Below, piece by piece: positions 40,595 through 55,138 of a stretch of 64,000 nt of DNA (position 1 is its first letter; every line of letters begins with the position of its first letter). The stretch lies in NCBI RefSeq assembly GCF_009914755.1, contig NC_060925.1; one strand, written 5' to 3'. The position numbers were made by a program, and so were the translations under genes. This DNA comes from the human T2T-CHM13v2.0 reference genome, Homo sapiens. The notes under the pieces are model-generated. The model did not search any database. It had not been told where the DNA came from and worked only from the letters and a program-made list of their open reading frames with translations.

Positions 40595-41163
40595 AAAGTT
40601 AAGTGACCCCCAACATACATGTTACATTAATCTTATTTCCCCCTATGGTCCTCTCAGTCTTTTTCCCCTAGGCCATTGGCTTGTGATCTCCTGACTGAGA
40701 CTTTACTGAGGCAACCAGCAACGTGTGGATGACCACCAACTCCATGCAGGTACAACCCAGTAGCGGCTGTCTCCTGCCTGCTCCACAGCTCTCACCCCTT
40801 GGCTCTTGGCATCCTTGTTAAAGCTGTCATTGAAGCAGATCTCTCTTTGTGTCCACACGCATATCACAGAAGTGCAGTGGGACTGACACTTGTGACGCAA
40901 ATATTTGAGATATGGGAGACGAGAGCTCATGACTAAAATCTTCTGCCTTCTTTCCCAGAATGAGCCATCGTGTTCTGACAAGTTGTTGTTTCTCTGGTAA
41001 TACCGTCCTTGGAGATCAAGCAATTATTGGGGATGGACACCAAGTGCCACCCTGCATCCTGGTGTTGGTCCTTCCGACTTTGCTGGAATTGCACTCTCTA
41101 ATAGCACAGTAGCATATAATTTTTGCTTCAGGGTTTGCTTTCCATGAATATCACAGTTAGACA
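40595..41163 (+). mobile_element. LTR16-like (ERVL) LTR
   Basis: Ends tgcactctctaatagcacagtagca...ttgcttcagggtttgctttc...gttagaca, similar to the LTR16 3' end. Confidence 0.55.
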
Positions 41164-41389
41164 GTTCAACTAAATGTATGGAAATTATTGCACATCTCTA
41201 TGTAAAAAGGTCCCTTTTGCTTTGTTTTGTTTTTTATACTTGGCTAGACAGAATCATTTATGTAGCCATTTTCTTTTGGATCAACCTTTAGATTTTTTTT
41301 ATTTCATTGAAATTCAATGTGATATATATATATATGTTTATATATGTATGTTCATTTTTTAGCATTTTGTAGTATTTGCACCTTTTCAA

Positions 41390-42730
41390 GTACCTGATAT
41401 CCATTTGTATGTCTACTTTAGAAAATGTTTTTTTTCAGATCCTTTGCCCATTTTTAATTGCAGTATTCATGGTTGTTTTTGTTTTTGATTTTTTGCTATT
41501 GAGTTGTATGAGTTCCTTATATATTTAGGACAGTAATCTCTTATCAGATATATGGTTTGCATTTCTCCCATTCAGTAAGTTGCTTTTTTATATTGTTTCC
41601 TTTGCATACAGAAGCTTTTTAGTTTTATATAGTCCTAATTGTTTAATTTTACTTTTGTTGTCTGTGTTTTTGGTGTCATATTTAAAAAATCATTGCCAAG
41701 ACCAATTTCAAGGAAGTTTTTTTCTATTTTTTCTTTAAGAGTTTTACAGTTTCAGGTCTTACATTTAAGTCTTTAATCCTTGTTGAGTTAATTTTTGTGC
41801 ATGGTGTAAAATGGGGATCCAATTTCATTCTTCTACATGTGGGTATTCATTTTTCCGAACACTGTTTATTGAAGCGACTCTCCCCATTGTATATTATTGA
41901 TGCCCTTGTCACACAATAGTATACCATATATGTATGCATTTATTTCTGATCTCTCTATTTTGTTCCATTGGTGTATGTGCCTGTTTTTTTTTTTTTTTTT
42001 TTTAGTGCCAGTACCAGTGTTTTGATTACTATGGCTTTTTAATATAGCTTGGAGTCAGAAAGCGTGATGCCTTCAGCTTTGTTCTTTCTCAAGATTGATT
42101 TAGTTGCAGTATTTTATGGTTTTATACCAATTTTAGGATTGTTTTTTCTATTTATGTGAGAAATGCCATTGGAGTTTTTATAGGGAGTACATTGAATTCG
42201 TTGATCACTTTGAGTAATATGGCCATTTTAACAACAGTAATTTTTCCAATCCATGAACACAGGGTATCTTTACATTGATTTGAGCCTTCTTTAATTTCTT
42301 TCATCAATGTTTTATAGTGTTTAGTGTACAGATCTTTTACCCAATCCATGAACACAGGGTATCTTTACATTGATTTGAGCCTTCTTTAATTTCTTTCATC
42401 AGTGTTTTATAGTGTTTAGTGTACAGATCTTTTACCCCCTTGGTTAAATTTATTTTCAAGTAATTTGTTCTTTTTGATGCTACTACAAGTGAGATTGCTT
42501 TATTAATTTATTTTTTGACAGTTCATCTTTAGCATATAGAAATACAACTTGTTTTTGTATGCTGAATTTATATCCTGCAACTTTACTAAACTTGTTTATC
42601 AGTTCTAATAGTTTTTGGTTGAGTCTTCAGGGTTTTCTATATATATAAATTCATGTCTTCTGCAAACAGAACAATTTAACTTCTTTCTTATCTGGATGGC
42701 TTTTATTTCTTTTTCTTGCCTAATTTTTAT
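41390..42730 (-). mobile_element. L1M ORF2 C-terminal region fragment
   Basis: ORF 42152-42355 ([43 protein letters not shown]) and ORF 42605-42796 (IRQEKEIKAIQIRK) match L1 ORF2p. Confidence 0.92.
42246..42435. repeat. 95-bp tandem duplication
   Basis: 42246-42340 and 42341-42435 differ at one base. Confidence 0.96.
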
Positions 42731-42990
42731 GGTTTTAATTTCTTGAATTACCAGTGAGTTTGGGTATCTTTTTGAATATTCATTGACCATTTCCACGAGT
42801 TGTGTTGTTAGTTTTCTTTTTAGCTGAATTACCCACTCACATCCTTATTATTTTATGCCACTGATTTCATGTTTTGTTTTCTATTTTCATGGTGGCTTAG
42901 AGGAGGTCTTCATGTATTATTAAACACATGCTTATATGTACCTTATGGGTATTTGTCACTTATTTGTTAACTTTGTTTATGGTATCTTAA

Positions 42991-43323
<333 letters not shown>

Positions 43324-43839
43324 CTAAATTTTCTTAAACTATCATTTATTATTTTGCATTTTATTCCGTCTTCCAAAAATCTTTCCTCATTCACATCATA
43401 TTAAAAAGAAAAATCTTCTACTAAATTTGATTTTGCTGTTATTTTTGATACTCTACTTCATATCCATCTAAAGTTTTTATTTGTGGTGTGATATATAAAT
43501 TAATCTATTTTTTCTCTCAAATCAGTAGACAATTGTTAAAACATTACTTACTAAATATTTTATAACTTATTCATTGATTCAAAATTCCATTCTAAGAGCT
43601 TTCTCTCTCCCTCTGTCTTAACACCCACCCTTTTCTGGACCTTCCATTTTTATTTACTTGTATCTGTATTGTCATGTCAATATCACAATGTTTAGATTGG
43701 TAAATAATTATATATTTTCATACTTGGATGAATATACCATTTATAATTTTTTAAATATTGGCTATTCAGTTGTATTTGTCTTCCAATACAAAACCTTAGA
43801 TTCATTTTATTGTCATAATTTGTAAAATTCAATTAGTAT

Positions 43840-44124
43840 TAATTAATGAATTTTCTAGAGACAAGGTCTCACTCTATCATCCAGGATGGAGTGCAGTAGT
43901 TCAATCCTAGCTGACTGTACTCAATTTTTCCACCTTAGCCTCATGAGTAGTTAGCACTACAAGTGTGCACCACCATGCCCAGCTAATTTTTTATTTTATT
44001 TTGTTTTTTGCAGAGATAAGGTCTTGCTATGTTGCTCAGGTCTCAAACTCCTGGCCTCAAGTGATCCTGCTGCCTTGGCCTCCTAAAGTATTGGGATTAC
44101 AGGCATGAACCATTGTGCCAGGCC
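43840..44124 (-). mobile_element. AluJ with internal deletions
   Basis: gagacaaggtctcactct...ggcctcaagtgatcc...ggcc; flanks tcaattag on both sides. Confidence 0.9.
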
Positions 44125-45639
44125 TCAATTAGGATGTTAATTATCATTTCATTTAATTTATAGCTTAATTTACAGAGAGCTGACATTGTCACAATATTGA
44201 GTATTACATTAATATGCTTTCTGTTTTTGGGTGTCACTCTCAATTTTTTTGAAACAATACATTTTTCCGTCTTACTTTAATTCATCCCTTGTCATCCATT
44301 TCTCATCCATTACATTCTAGCATTCATATCTATCCCTTCCCCACTGAAATCGATCTCACTAAGTCACTGATGTTCCCAAGTTTTTAACACAAGTTTCTGT
44401 CTTTGGTTTTCAGCCTAATTTTTTAGATATTACTACCAATAGAATGGTCTCCTGGATTTCCTTGTGAGAGAGATAGTCTTAATATTACTAACTTCAAGAA
44501 TGAGAGAAATATTAAGTTTTGGGTTACAGAAGAAGGGCTCTAGAAGGAATTTAAATTCAATGGTGTTTATCTTCTGTTTGAAGGAGGGATAATTGAATTT
44601 CATGTAATGTATAAGTTCTGATGTTTTCTAAAGCCTATGACTACTACTTTAAATGGATTCATTAGTTTCCTTTTCTCATTTATGGAGGAAAATACTCCAG
44701 TATCTTATTTTAGGGTGGTCAGAGAAAATATAAAGAGAGCATAATAATTAATAAATACATTTGTAGACTTGTGTTCCTGTGGGAAAAAACTAGAAAAGTA
44801 ATAAAAAGTGATTTTCTATTTACTAATCATAGCAGATTTCAGGGCTGGGTCATCCAAAACAATGTGCTACATCTGAGAAAGAACATTCAATCTCCTTTTG
44901 CATAATGTTTGAAGTAAGCTTTTGTACATGACAAAATGTAAAATTCTGTACAAAAGTTTTTATTATTCAAAACTGCCTTACTTGCAGAATATGTCATCTG
45001 GATGTTTACATAAAGACTCAAAATTTGTATTTTATTTTCTTCACTTTGGGTTCAGCATGAGCTGATGAAAGAACAACCAGGTCAGCAGTTTTGTCACTAT
45101 AGAATTGCAAAAAGAGAGTTCAGATTGTACTTAGCCCCCTCCTTGATGACAGTTGAGGGTTGTAAAGAAGATACTTTTCACTTAAACATTTGATGCAATT
45201 AACCAGCTTGGAATTTTCTCACATCAGCAAATCTTATATTTGAGCAATCTAAATGATTGCTGACACAAACTCCCAGCTAAGAACGAAGAGCTTATCTTCA
45301 TGCATAAAAAGGTACATATCATTGCTGTTTAAATTAGAGACACTGACATGTAAATTACAACAGCTCCCAGTAAATTATTAAGTTGGTGGTATGTCTCTGA
45401 GAAATATCTGTAAGCTTAAGTCAAGATAATCCAATAAGAGGGAAAGAGTAATAAAACATTTTGCCAACTTCCAGAATTGTTTTAATTCCTTGAAAATGTG
45501 TACCTTTACCTTTGTTACATACAGTTTGTCTGGGTAACCTATAGTTTCACTCATTCAATTTTCAATTTTCAGGAGACATTTACTTCATTAGAGATGAAGT
45601 AGCACTTCTACTATCTGTATCATATTGGCTATAGCTTGT

Positions 45640-46200
<561 letters not shown>

Positions 46201-46899
46201 ACCAAACTTGAGTGCTTACTGTACCTGTAAGTGCTTTACTTGTACAATTCTGCCTAATCCTCACCATAATTACGAGATGGGCCCTCTCATTATCTAGAGA
46301 ATAAGGAATAAGGCAATTATTCCTCCCAAAATTATAACTTACTTCTTCAAGCTTTACTGTATGTTTTAACCATTCTTTAAAAAATCATTTTTTAAGTCCA
46401 TAAATTACATGTTATGGAGTCTGGATAGGACCTGATAAGAAACTTATCCTCCATAATTTTACCCTAACTGAATGAGTTTAATTATCCATAAATATAGGCT
46501 GTGGATTATTTCTGATTTATAGACTGAACTTATTCATTCATATGGTGTGCCTTTTGGTATTGTTGGTGTGTTGCTATTACTTGCATATCAAGTAGGAAAC
46601 AAAGCAGTGTGGTCTCTGCTCTCAGGTAGCCTATGTTCTAATGTAGGAGACTCATAGGAATCATAAGTAAGCAGATAATTACAGACAATTACAACAACCA
46701 CATAGGAGGCTAGAAGAAGGAGAACAAGGAAAACCTAAAAAGCTTGCAAAGAAGCACAGAGTCCAAAAGGGATTAGATCCAACAAATTAGGTGATAACCA
46801 CTTTAGATGTTAAGATTATCTCCACGAGATTTCAACTACTTGGATATTATCAGAAAGTAGCTGACTAGATTGGTCTAATCATATCATATAGAAAGCTTC

Positions 46900-47230
46900 T
46901 CACTTAATGTTACAGAAGTTCTAATACCAAGTGGCTTGTATGTGGGGACATTTATCACATCACGTGTCAAGAAGTTGCAAAAGATAATAAATCCAGTGTT
47001 GGTTGAGTCACTGACCCAATTTTGTCATTTAAGTTCCAGGTTCGTTTCATCCTTTTCACCTGTGCTTCTGGGCCTTTTCACCTGTGCTTCTGGCTCTAGC
47101 CAATTTCCTTCATGTTTGCAAGAGTTCTGTAGCAGTTCTAAGCTTTGAGCTCATATGTAACAGATTACATAAAGTATTTACACTAATGCAAGCCAAGGAT
47201 AAGTGCATTTAAATACCAATGATTGAATGA
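46900..47230 (-). mobile_element. Old MLT1-like LTR fragment
   Basis: Degenerate similarity only (acagaagttctaataccaagtggctt...ttccaggttcgtttcatcc). Confidence 0.4.
47051..47093. repeat. 22-bp tandem duplication
   Basis: ccttttcacctgtgcttctgg(g) x2. Confidence 0.93.
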
Positions 47231-47289
47231 ACTGGCACTGAGAATTCCACATGAGAGAGAGAAAGAGGGGTGGTATGTATGGTGTGCAT

Positions 47290-47490
47290 GTATTTAGTGC
47301 TTTTTGTGTGCCACACACTGTTTTAATTCTCATACCAACCCTGGGTGGAAGCAATATCATTATCTCCTTTGTTTAGATAAGGAAAATGAGACACTAAGAG
47401 ATTGAATAGTTTGCCTCTTGACACTCAGCTGGCAAGTTATGGGGCCAGGATTTAACCTCATAGGCTCCAGGTTTTGACCATTATGCTCAC
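47290..47490 (-). mobile_element. MIR
   Basis: tagataaggaaaatgagacactaagag...gggccaggatttaacctca. Confidence 0.72.
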
Positions 47491-47559
47491 ATAAAGGAGT
47501 GCTCCTGGATTTGGCTATTCTGTGAATTGAAGTATGATATTCATTGATTCATTCACTTT

Positions 47560-47940
47560 ATTCAGGTTTTTTTTTTTAACATTACTTCTTTACTTCATTA
47601 ATTTAAAATATGTATTCAGTACCCACTCTCTTCTAGGCATGGTACTTGTCCGTCCAGTTGCAATAATATACAAACAGACCCTGCCTTGGCCCTCGCACGT
47701 CTTTCCCTCAAGTAGGAAACATATATCTTAAATAAACAATGGCACATACACGAAATTACATAGTGGGATAAATGCTGTATGGTTCAGAAAGCTATGGAAA
47801 TGTGGTATGAGACCTAATCTAATCTGGAGGTCATGGAAGGCTTCCTAGAGAAAGTGAGGTTTGAACTGAGGCCTGAAGGATAAGTGAGTTAATTAGGTAA
47901 ACTGTGGGGGAAAGGCTGTTCCAGGAAGAAAGTGATAGCA
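47560..47940 (-). mobile_element. L2 3' fragment
   Basis: ggaaggcttcctagagaaagtgaggtttgaactgaggcctgaaggataagt. Confidence 0.72.
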
Positions 47941-48564
47941 CATCTTCTCTAACTAGCAACTTCCAACTGAAATGATCAGCATATCATGTAAATAGAGACA
48001 CGTTTGCATCAACAGTGGGCCCAAACACAAAACCATCCTCCCGGAAGAATTTCTGCAGATACAGTGCTAATTCCCTTAAATGAAAGCAGCCACTGAAAGT
48101 TGGTGCTCATCTCCACTTTAAAGCATATTAGAGAGCTGAGTGGAACAAAACGAAGAGCATTAGAACCCCCACAAATATGGGGCAATCCTCAGATTGACTC
48201 TTGTAGTAAATGTCTACACCATCCAGAGACTCAGGCAAGGAAGAGAGAGGCTTTTTTTTCAGTTCTCCATCCAAATTGTTCACATGGTTTAGTAATGTGC
48301 TCTGTCTCCTTCCCCACTTCTCTGGATTCTCTAGATCTCTAAATGAGTAATGGATTATGTGTTTTTATCATGGTAGTTATTATTGCTATTTGTTTTAAAA
48401 TTTATTAAATATGGGATATTTACTATGTGAATAATTTGATGGTGAAACACATCAGTCACTAAGAAAATTTGGTTAAAAAATCCTCCTTGACAGTAAATAA
48501 CAGCATAGAAATCTCTCTCTTTACAGCTGATTTTACAGAGACATCACTAGGTTTAACATATTAT

Positions 48565-48810
48565 AATAACTAGCATTTGTTAACTGCTTCCTATATGCCA
48601 ATTGAGGTGCCAGTCACTTTATAAATTATCTCTTAGTCCTTCTAACAATCTGATATGTTAAGTATTGTTCTTTTCTTTTCATAAATGTAGAAACTGAGGC
48701 TCAGAGATAAAGCATACACCAGGTCAATGGTCTTTTAAATGGGAGAGTTGGGAGCCAGTTCCAAATCTGTCTTGCTTTGAAATCTATGCTCTTTCTACTA
48801 TCCCACACTG
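48565..48810 (-). mobile_element. MIR
   Basis: gaaactgaggctcagaga core. Confidence 0.78.
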
Positions 48811-51593
48811 CCTTCCAGCTTAAAAGATGTTAATATTCTCAAGATTAAGAGGATCAGGTTTGACTTGAAATAGATGATAGGTGTAACAAGATGGCTTGCC
48901 CTGCACACTTGGGATGCAAATATACTCAGGTCTCTCTTTTTCTTTTTCCTTCCAAGGAATCACGTAAGTACCCACTTACTATCTTGACAGAAAGCTTTCC
49001 ATGTCTGTCTTCGGACTGCTCCTTTGCATGAGCTGTTCTGATAGAATACTAGGAAGAGGATCAGACTTTCAAATCTCAGTGGGAAGAGTACTGAGCTCTA
49101 AGGAATGTGTGAAGCTCTGCTCCATGCTACTCCCAGTGCTGCAGTTGAAAAGTGGCCCTATGAAGTCAACAGAAAATACAGATTCTTTGGTGATTCATGT
49201 TCTGTTCTGGTTTTCCAAGGAAGGATAATTCCATAATCCTGGGGGTTGGGGGAGAGAATTGATATAGGATGCCTATTCTTGGGAAATAGATTGTCTCTTC
49301 CTTTGTATCTTTCTAAAAGGGGAGGAAATCTTTATCAGAAATCTCCCAGCAGACATAATCACATTTCAGTGGCAACAACTGCATTTCAACTATACCCAAA
49401 TCAATCAATGGCAATGAAGGTGGTATCTTTAATGATTGGCTGAGGACAATTAGGACTCAAATATTGAGTCTGTGGTTGGGATAAACCTACCCTGTACATA
49501 GTCACACAGAAAGTGGCAATACCTGAATGAAACAGAGGTTTATTTAGTAAGGAAAAAGTGGGGAAAGTAATTGTGGGTAGAAAAATAAAAGCATTTACTA
49601 TCAACTTTAGAGTTTATCTGGTAAGGGTAAAGGGAGAGCAAGGTAGCAGCAACAGAGTGGGATATACAGGTTTTCTGAAATGTCATCTCCGTAGTAGTAA
49701 CTTCGCTGATTATTTCCAACTACTTTTTAATATTTAATTAAGAAATGTAAGAGTTTGTCATGGAGAAAACACACTTAAATGTTGAAAATTCAGTTCTACC
49801 AAAACATAAGTAATGTTACTTCTATTGTTTAAATTTTTTAAAAAAACAAGACACAATGACATTTACTATGAGAGTAACTATGTTACTGGAAGAAAACCTC
49901 TGGACTGTTTGGATACAGCATATGGAAATCACAAAATGCAGAATGTCTTAGCTGCAAAATTTGGCCATGTCCATATTTAATATCCTTCTTCCAGAAATAT
50001 GCCCCAGAGTAATAGAGAAAAAAAGGCATCAACAAATCATTTAATGTAAAAGGTGACAACTGCAAATGAATAAAATATTTGTGAAAAGAGTAATTATTTA
50101 TTCTCATAAGTGATCATAATTTTATCACAGCAAAAATTTAGCTCAGATTTCTTATTTTGGAAAATTATATTTATTATTAACTAGTAAAAAGTCATTTAAT
50201 CAACACTTTTCTCACCAGAAAGATCAGAAAATTCTAGATTTGTGTACACACTGTGTAATTTATTTTTTGCACATTCCTACCCTTTTATGGTAGATACATG
50301 GATCACTTGTGTAACTGTGTCATTTATACAAACTAGACATCTTTTAAGGGAAAGACCTGTTTAACTTAAGAATAACACAAAGATAGAACATGAAAATTAG
50401 CCCCAATGACATAAGTAAAAAGACGCCCTAGACTTTACTAATTCATTTGTTCTTTTTCATTCTAGCCCATTTTATAATTGAAATTAAATCAGCATTGAAT
50501 TTAACATAAATTAACATGATGTTCATTTACAAAATTATATTTGTGTTTTTTCAAGTTCATGAAATGTTCTTAAAATACTATGAGGAAAAAAAAATGAAAA
50601 TGTACACACGTAAATTTTTCAATATGAAAATACATAGGAGTAGGCTTATATATGGCTCAGTTTTTAAAGTATTTATGGTCCTTTAAGCAATATTCAGAGT
50701 ATTCTTGGATGTAGAGAGAGAGGCCAGCATGTATACAACTGGAAAGAGGTTTTCTCTGTTGTACCCACTTTCTCATTGGCAGTTTCTCCCTCTAGCCTAC
50801 AGGGCAGCTACTCCTCCTTATTTCCTAGGACGATTTAGGTTGAAAACTCACCATGGTCTTATTTCCCAGAAAGACTTAATGCTAATCCTAATATTCAATG
50901 CCCTCACCTTAGTATCTAAGGCCTCATATTGATTGATTGATATAATGATGTGTTTATTCATTCAAAACATTTTTGGTACTATAATTATTCCCATTTTTCT
51001 CTGCCTTCAGTGTTTCAAGGTACCAGCCCAAAGTAGAAAATAATAGGTACCAGTCCAAGTAAGACAGAAAAAAAATTTACTTTCTAAAAGTGCCTCTATT
51101 GTTGTACTTTTACATTTACAGGATTTAGAAATAACTAAAAAAACACTAAGAGTTGAAACAATAAAAACATACGGCATTCACTCTCACAACTTTTTAATCC
51201 TGTATTTAATCATCGTAATTATTTAAAAAATACTTCCTGTTAAGTTTATTGACTGACTAATGGGTGATTATCTCCACTAATTATGGCAAATAACATCTGA
51301 TTTTTTTATTAAAATGTCCTTTCCTCTTCATGTCTCCTTTAGTGTTTCCATCACAAGATTATGCCTAACAAAGGATTCAACCTGAATGCGGAATTTCAGG
51401 AGAATCAGAAATGATACACACTAGAACATTAAACATTTAAAGCCCAGTGCTCCCTTCTGTTATTGCTTCTCTTTGTTCATTAATCTAAACTGCATTAATT
51501 ATAAAAGACCATAATTATGTACATTTTGCTAGCCCACAGCTGTTAGTATATAGCATTTAGGTTTGGGAAACATTCATTGAGTACCTACTCCAT

Positions 51594-51692
51594 ACCTGCT
51601 TTCCAAACTTTAATGAGCAACTCACCCTAGGGTTTTGTTAAAATCAGCCTCTGATTCAGTACCTCCTGGATTGGACTGTTAAGTCTGCATTA
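51594..51692. mobile_element. MER5A (hAT-Charlie), left part
   Basis: ttccaaactttaatgagc...tgttaaaatcag...tctgattcagta...tctgcatt. Confidence 0.65.
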
Positions 51693-52410
51693 CTGTTAGT
51701 GGAAATGTAAATTGGTATGGCTATTATGGAAAACAGTGTGAAAGTTCTTCAAAAAATTACAGATAGAACTGCCATTTGAACTATTAACCCCACTTCTGGG
51801 TACATATCCAGAGGAAATGAAGTCAGCATCTCAAAAGGGTATCTACACTCTCATGTTCATTGCAGCACTATTCACAGTAGCCAAGAGAAGGAATTAATCT
51901 AAGTGTCCCCAGAGAGATAAATAAAGAAATTCTGCCACTTGTGATAACATGAATAAACCCAGCAGACATTATGCCAAGTAACATAAGCCAAACAGAAAAA
52001 GACAAATACTGCATAATCTCACTTATATGTGGAATCTGAAAAAAAAAGTTGAGTTCACAGTAACAGAGAGTAGAATGGTAGTTACCAGGGGCTGAAAAGT
52101 GGAGGAAAAGGAGGGATGTTGGTCACAGGGTACAAAATTTTAATTGCAAGATGAATATATTCTGGAAATCCAATATACAGCATGATGATGATAGTTACTA
52201 ATAATGTAGCCTTGAAATTTGCTGAGAGCAAATCTCAAATGTTCTCACTAAACACACACACAAACACACACAAATGGTAACTAGTTGAGGTGATGGATGT
52301 TAGCTTGTGGTCATCACTTCACAATGTATATGCATATGAAAACATCATATAATTCACCTTACATATATATAATTTTGTCAATCATACCTCAATAAAGCTA
52401 GTAAAAATAG
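51693..52410 (+). mobile_element. L1MA-type 3' end
   Basis: atgttcattgcagcactattcacagtagccaag...gacaaatactgcataatctcacttatatgtggaatct...atacctcaataaagct. Confidence 0.88.
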
Positions 52411-52479
52411 TAATATGTCAAATGATGCTTGAGAAACTGAATAAAAATTTTGCAATTAAGTGCTTTCAAAGATAGTGAA

Positions 52480-52960
52480 TATATGTAGGTGTCCATACAA
52501 AAATGTATACATGAATGTAGCATTATTCATAATAGACAAAAAGTGTAAACAATTCATATTTTCATCAATTGATGAATGGATAAATAAAATGTGGTGTAGC
52601 CATACAATGGGCAATTATCTCACAGTGAAAAGGAATGATTTACTAATCCATGCTATAACAAGGACAAAACTCAAAAACATTATGCTAGGTGAAAGAAGCC
52701 ACAAGAAAGGACCACATGTTGTATGATTCCATTTATATGAAATATCCATAGAGACAGAAAGTAGATTGGTGGTTGCCTAGAACTGAAAAAGTTGAGGAAA
52801 AGTAGAGGTGACTTAATGGGTATGGGTTATTTGGGGAGTGATGAACATATTCTAAAATGATGGTGATAGTTGTACAACTCTGGATCATTTAATCATACAC
52901 TTTAATGAATTGTTTGGTATATGAACAATTATATATCTGAACAAGGCTGTATTAGGAAAA
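52480..52960 (+). mobile_element. L1MB-type 3' end
   Basis: gatgaatggataaataaaatgtgg...aaacattatgctaggtgaaagaagcca...gagacagaaagtagattggtggttgcc. Confidence 0.85.
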
Positions 52961-53025
52961 CAAGCAAAGTTCCTAAGTGATGCTGATGCTTCTGGCACCT
53001 GGACCACATTGGAAGTAGCTCTATG
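52961..53025. mobile_element. MER5A, right part
   Basis: aagttcctaagtgatgctgatgcttctggcacctggaccaca. Confidence 0.7.
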
Positions 53026-53079
53026 AGTCTATGAAAGGTCTCATATATAGGTTGTTTGCACACATATTTTGGTCACCTA

Positions 53080-53470
53080 CCACATTTATTTTAAGTGACT
53101 GCTACCCGTTAGGCACTATTCTAGGTCCTGAGTCTACAACAGTCAAAGAACCACATAAAACAGCCTCATGGAACTTTCATTTCTGTGAGGTAAAGGATAG
53201 ACAACAAAACAAATAAACATATTATATTTGATGGTGATAAGTTATACAGAGATAAAATAAGTCGAGAATGGCAATAAATCACATAATTGGGGAGTGTCAG
53301 GGGGGCTGGATGTTGCAATTTTAAATAGGTGTTCAATGGAGGCCTTGAAGAAGGGAATCTTCAAGAAATTGCCCGATAAAATACCAGTAATGAAAGTATC
53401 TGGAGAAGAATGATACAGGCAGAGAGAGGCAAAAGTGCAGAAGACATTTTTTGAGCTAAGAATCATATCA
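53080..53470 (-). mobile_element. L2 3' fragment
   Basis: acatttattttaagtgactgctacccgttaggcactattctagg...gcaattttaaatagg. Confidence 0.7.
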
Positions 53471-54055
53471 TTTTTTGATAATATAAACTACTACATCCAT
53501 TTTGTAAATTACATATATTTTATATGCCAGGTAGAATTTTGTAACTTGAACATTTGAAAAGAGTAAAAGTAAGTACACAAATATGGCAAAATCTGGTACT
53601 GCAGACAGAAACTTTCAAAGAGAGATTTTCTAAAAATAGAGTATTATGCTATAATTAGCCCAAAGTCTCTCCCACAAAAGGCTGATGAGGTCTTTCCTTC
53701 AAGCATGATCTCTGAATGAGTGTCAACAACAACACTAAGATGAGACATGTCTTGGGCTTGTTGGCTATCGAGTACTAAAGAGAACCAAAACAAAACTACA
53801 TCTTCAGGATAACTCATAGCCTGCTCCAGTAGCTTGGATAGTGTGTTCTCGTCATTATGTTCAGAGTCAAGTGTGTACCAAATCATTATTAAAAATATCT
53901 GGGAGGTCAAAATTGCACTGTCCATTCAAGACTTTGGCCTTCTGTTCTTCTGAAAGGGTCTTGGCTTAGGATGACCACTTTCCAATATGCTTGACTTCCT
54001 GCTGGCAATTCTTATCTAAAACATCTAGATCAGAATGGAAATCAGTTAGGGTCAT

Positions 54056-54428
54056 TGATATGGTTTGGCTGTGTCCCCACCCAAATCTCATCTCAAATTA
54101 TAGTTCCCATAATCTCCATGTGTCATGGGAGGGAACTGGTGGGAGGTAATTGAATCATGGGGACAGTTACACTCATGCTGTTCTCGTGATAGTGAGTGAG
54201 TTCTCAGGAGATATGATGGTTTTATAAGGGGCTTTTCTTCTTTCACTCGGCACTTCTCCTTCCTGCCACCATGTGAAGAAGGATGTGTTTACTTCCCCTT
54301 CTGCTATGATTGTAAGTTTCCTGAGGCCTCCTCAGCCATGCTGAACTGAGTCAATTAAACTTCTTTCCTTTATAAATTATCCAGTCTCAGGTATGTCTTT
54401 ATTAGCAGTGTGAGAATGGACCAATATA
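54056..54428 (+). mobile_element. THE1C-like solo LTR
   Basis: tgatatggtttggctgtgtccccacccaaatctcatc...ggaccaatata; perfect TSD GTCAT. Confidence 0.93.
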
Positions 54429-54573
54429 GTCATCATCTGCCAATGTGCCCTCACAGCTGTTTCCACTAAGTTCAACATCTCTAACTCTACATTTAACACT
54501 GGCTTTCCCACTTGTATTCTTCTATCTAACCAGACCTGACTATATTCAACTGTGCATTTTAACTTCCTATCTC

Positions 54574-54598
54574 ATATATATATATATATATATATATA
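54574..54598. repeat. (AT)n microsatellite
   Basis: About 12 AT units. Confidence 0.95.
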
Positions 54599-55138
54599 CA
54601 CTTCTTAACACATGTATACTTAAATATACATATCTAAAATCTATATCTATTAAAAAGACTCCAAGAGGGGAGAGATGAGGTACTTGCTCAAGGTGACATA
54701 GATAATAAATTAAAAATTGCAATCTATAGACTCATAGTCCATCTACAACACTACCACTAAAACCACGTCTATAAGGCTAAATCTTCCCCAGTTGTATCTG
54801 TGCATTCATTTCTTCTGAATTTCATCCTAGACTTTTCTGCAAATTTACAATACACGGCAATAGTAGCAACTCAGTTGTTTTAAATTCATTGCTTTGAAGG
54901 AAATATAGAAGGCACAATGAAATAAAGACATGAATATGGAATCCACATTTCGAAAAGCTAAGCAGAAATGATTACAGTCTGAGAAGTCAATTTTTATTAT
55001 GTGGTGATCTGATAACAATAAAATCAATGGTACATCCTTTAGTATTACAGCGACTATTTTTTAAATATGTGGATAACAAACACACCTAACAATGTACTTT
55101 TAATTCTAGGCAAATTTCTTTAAAAATTATTTACCAAC

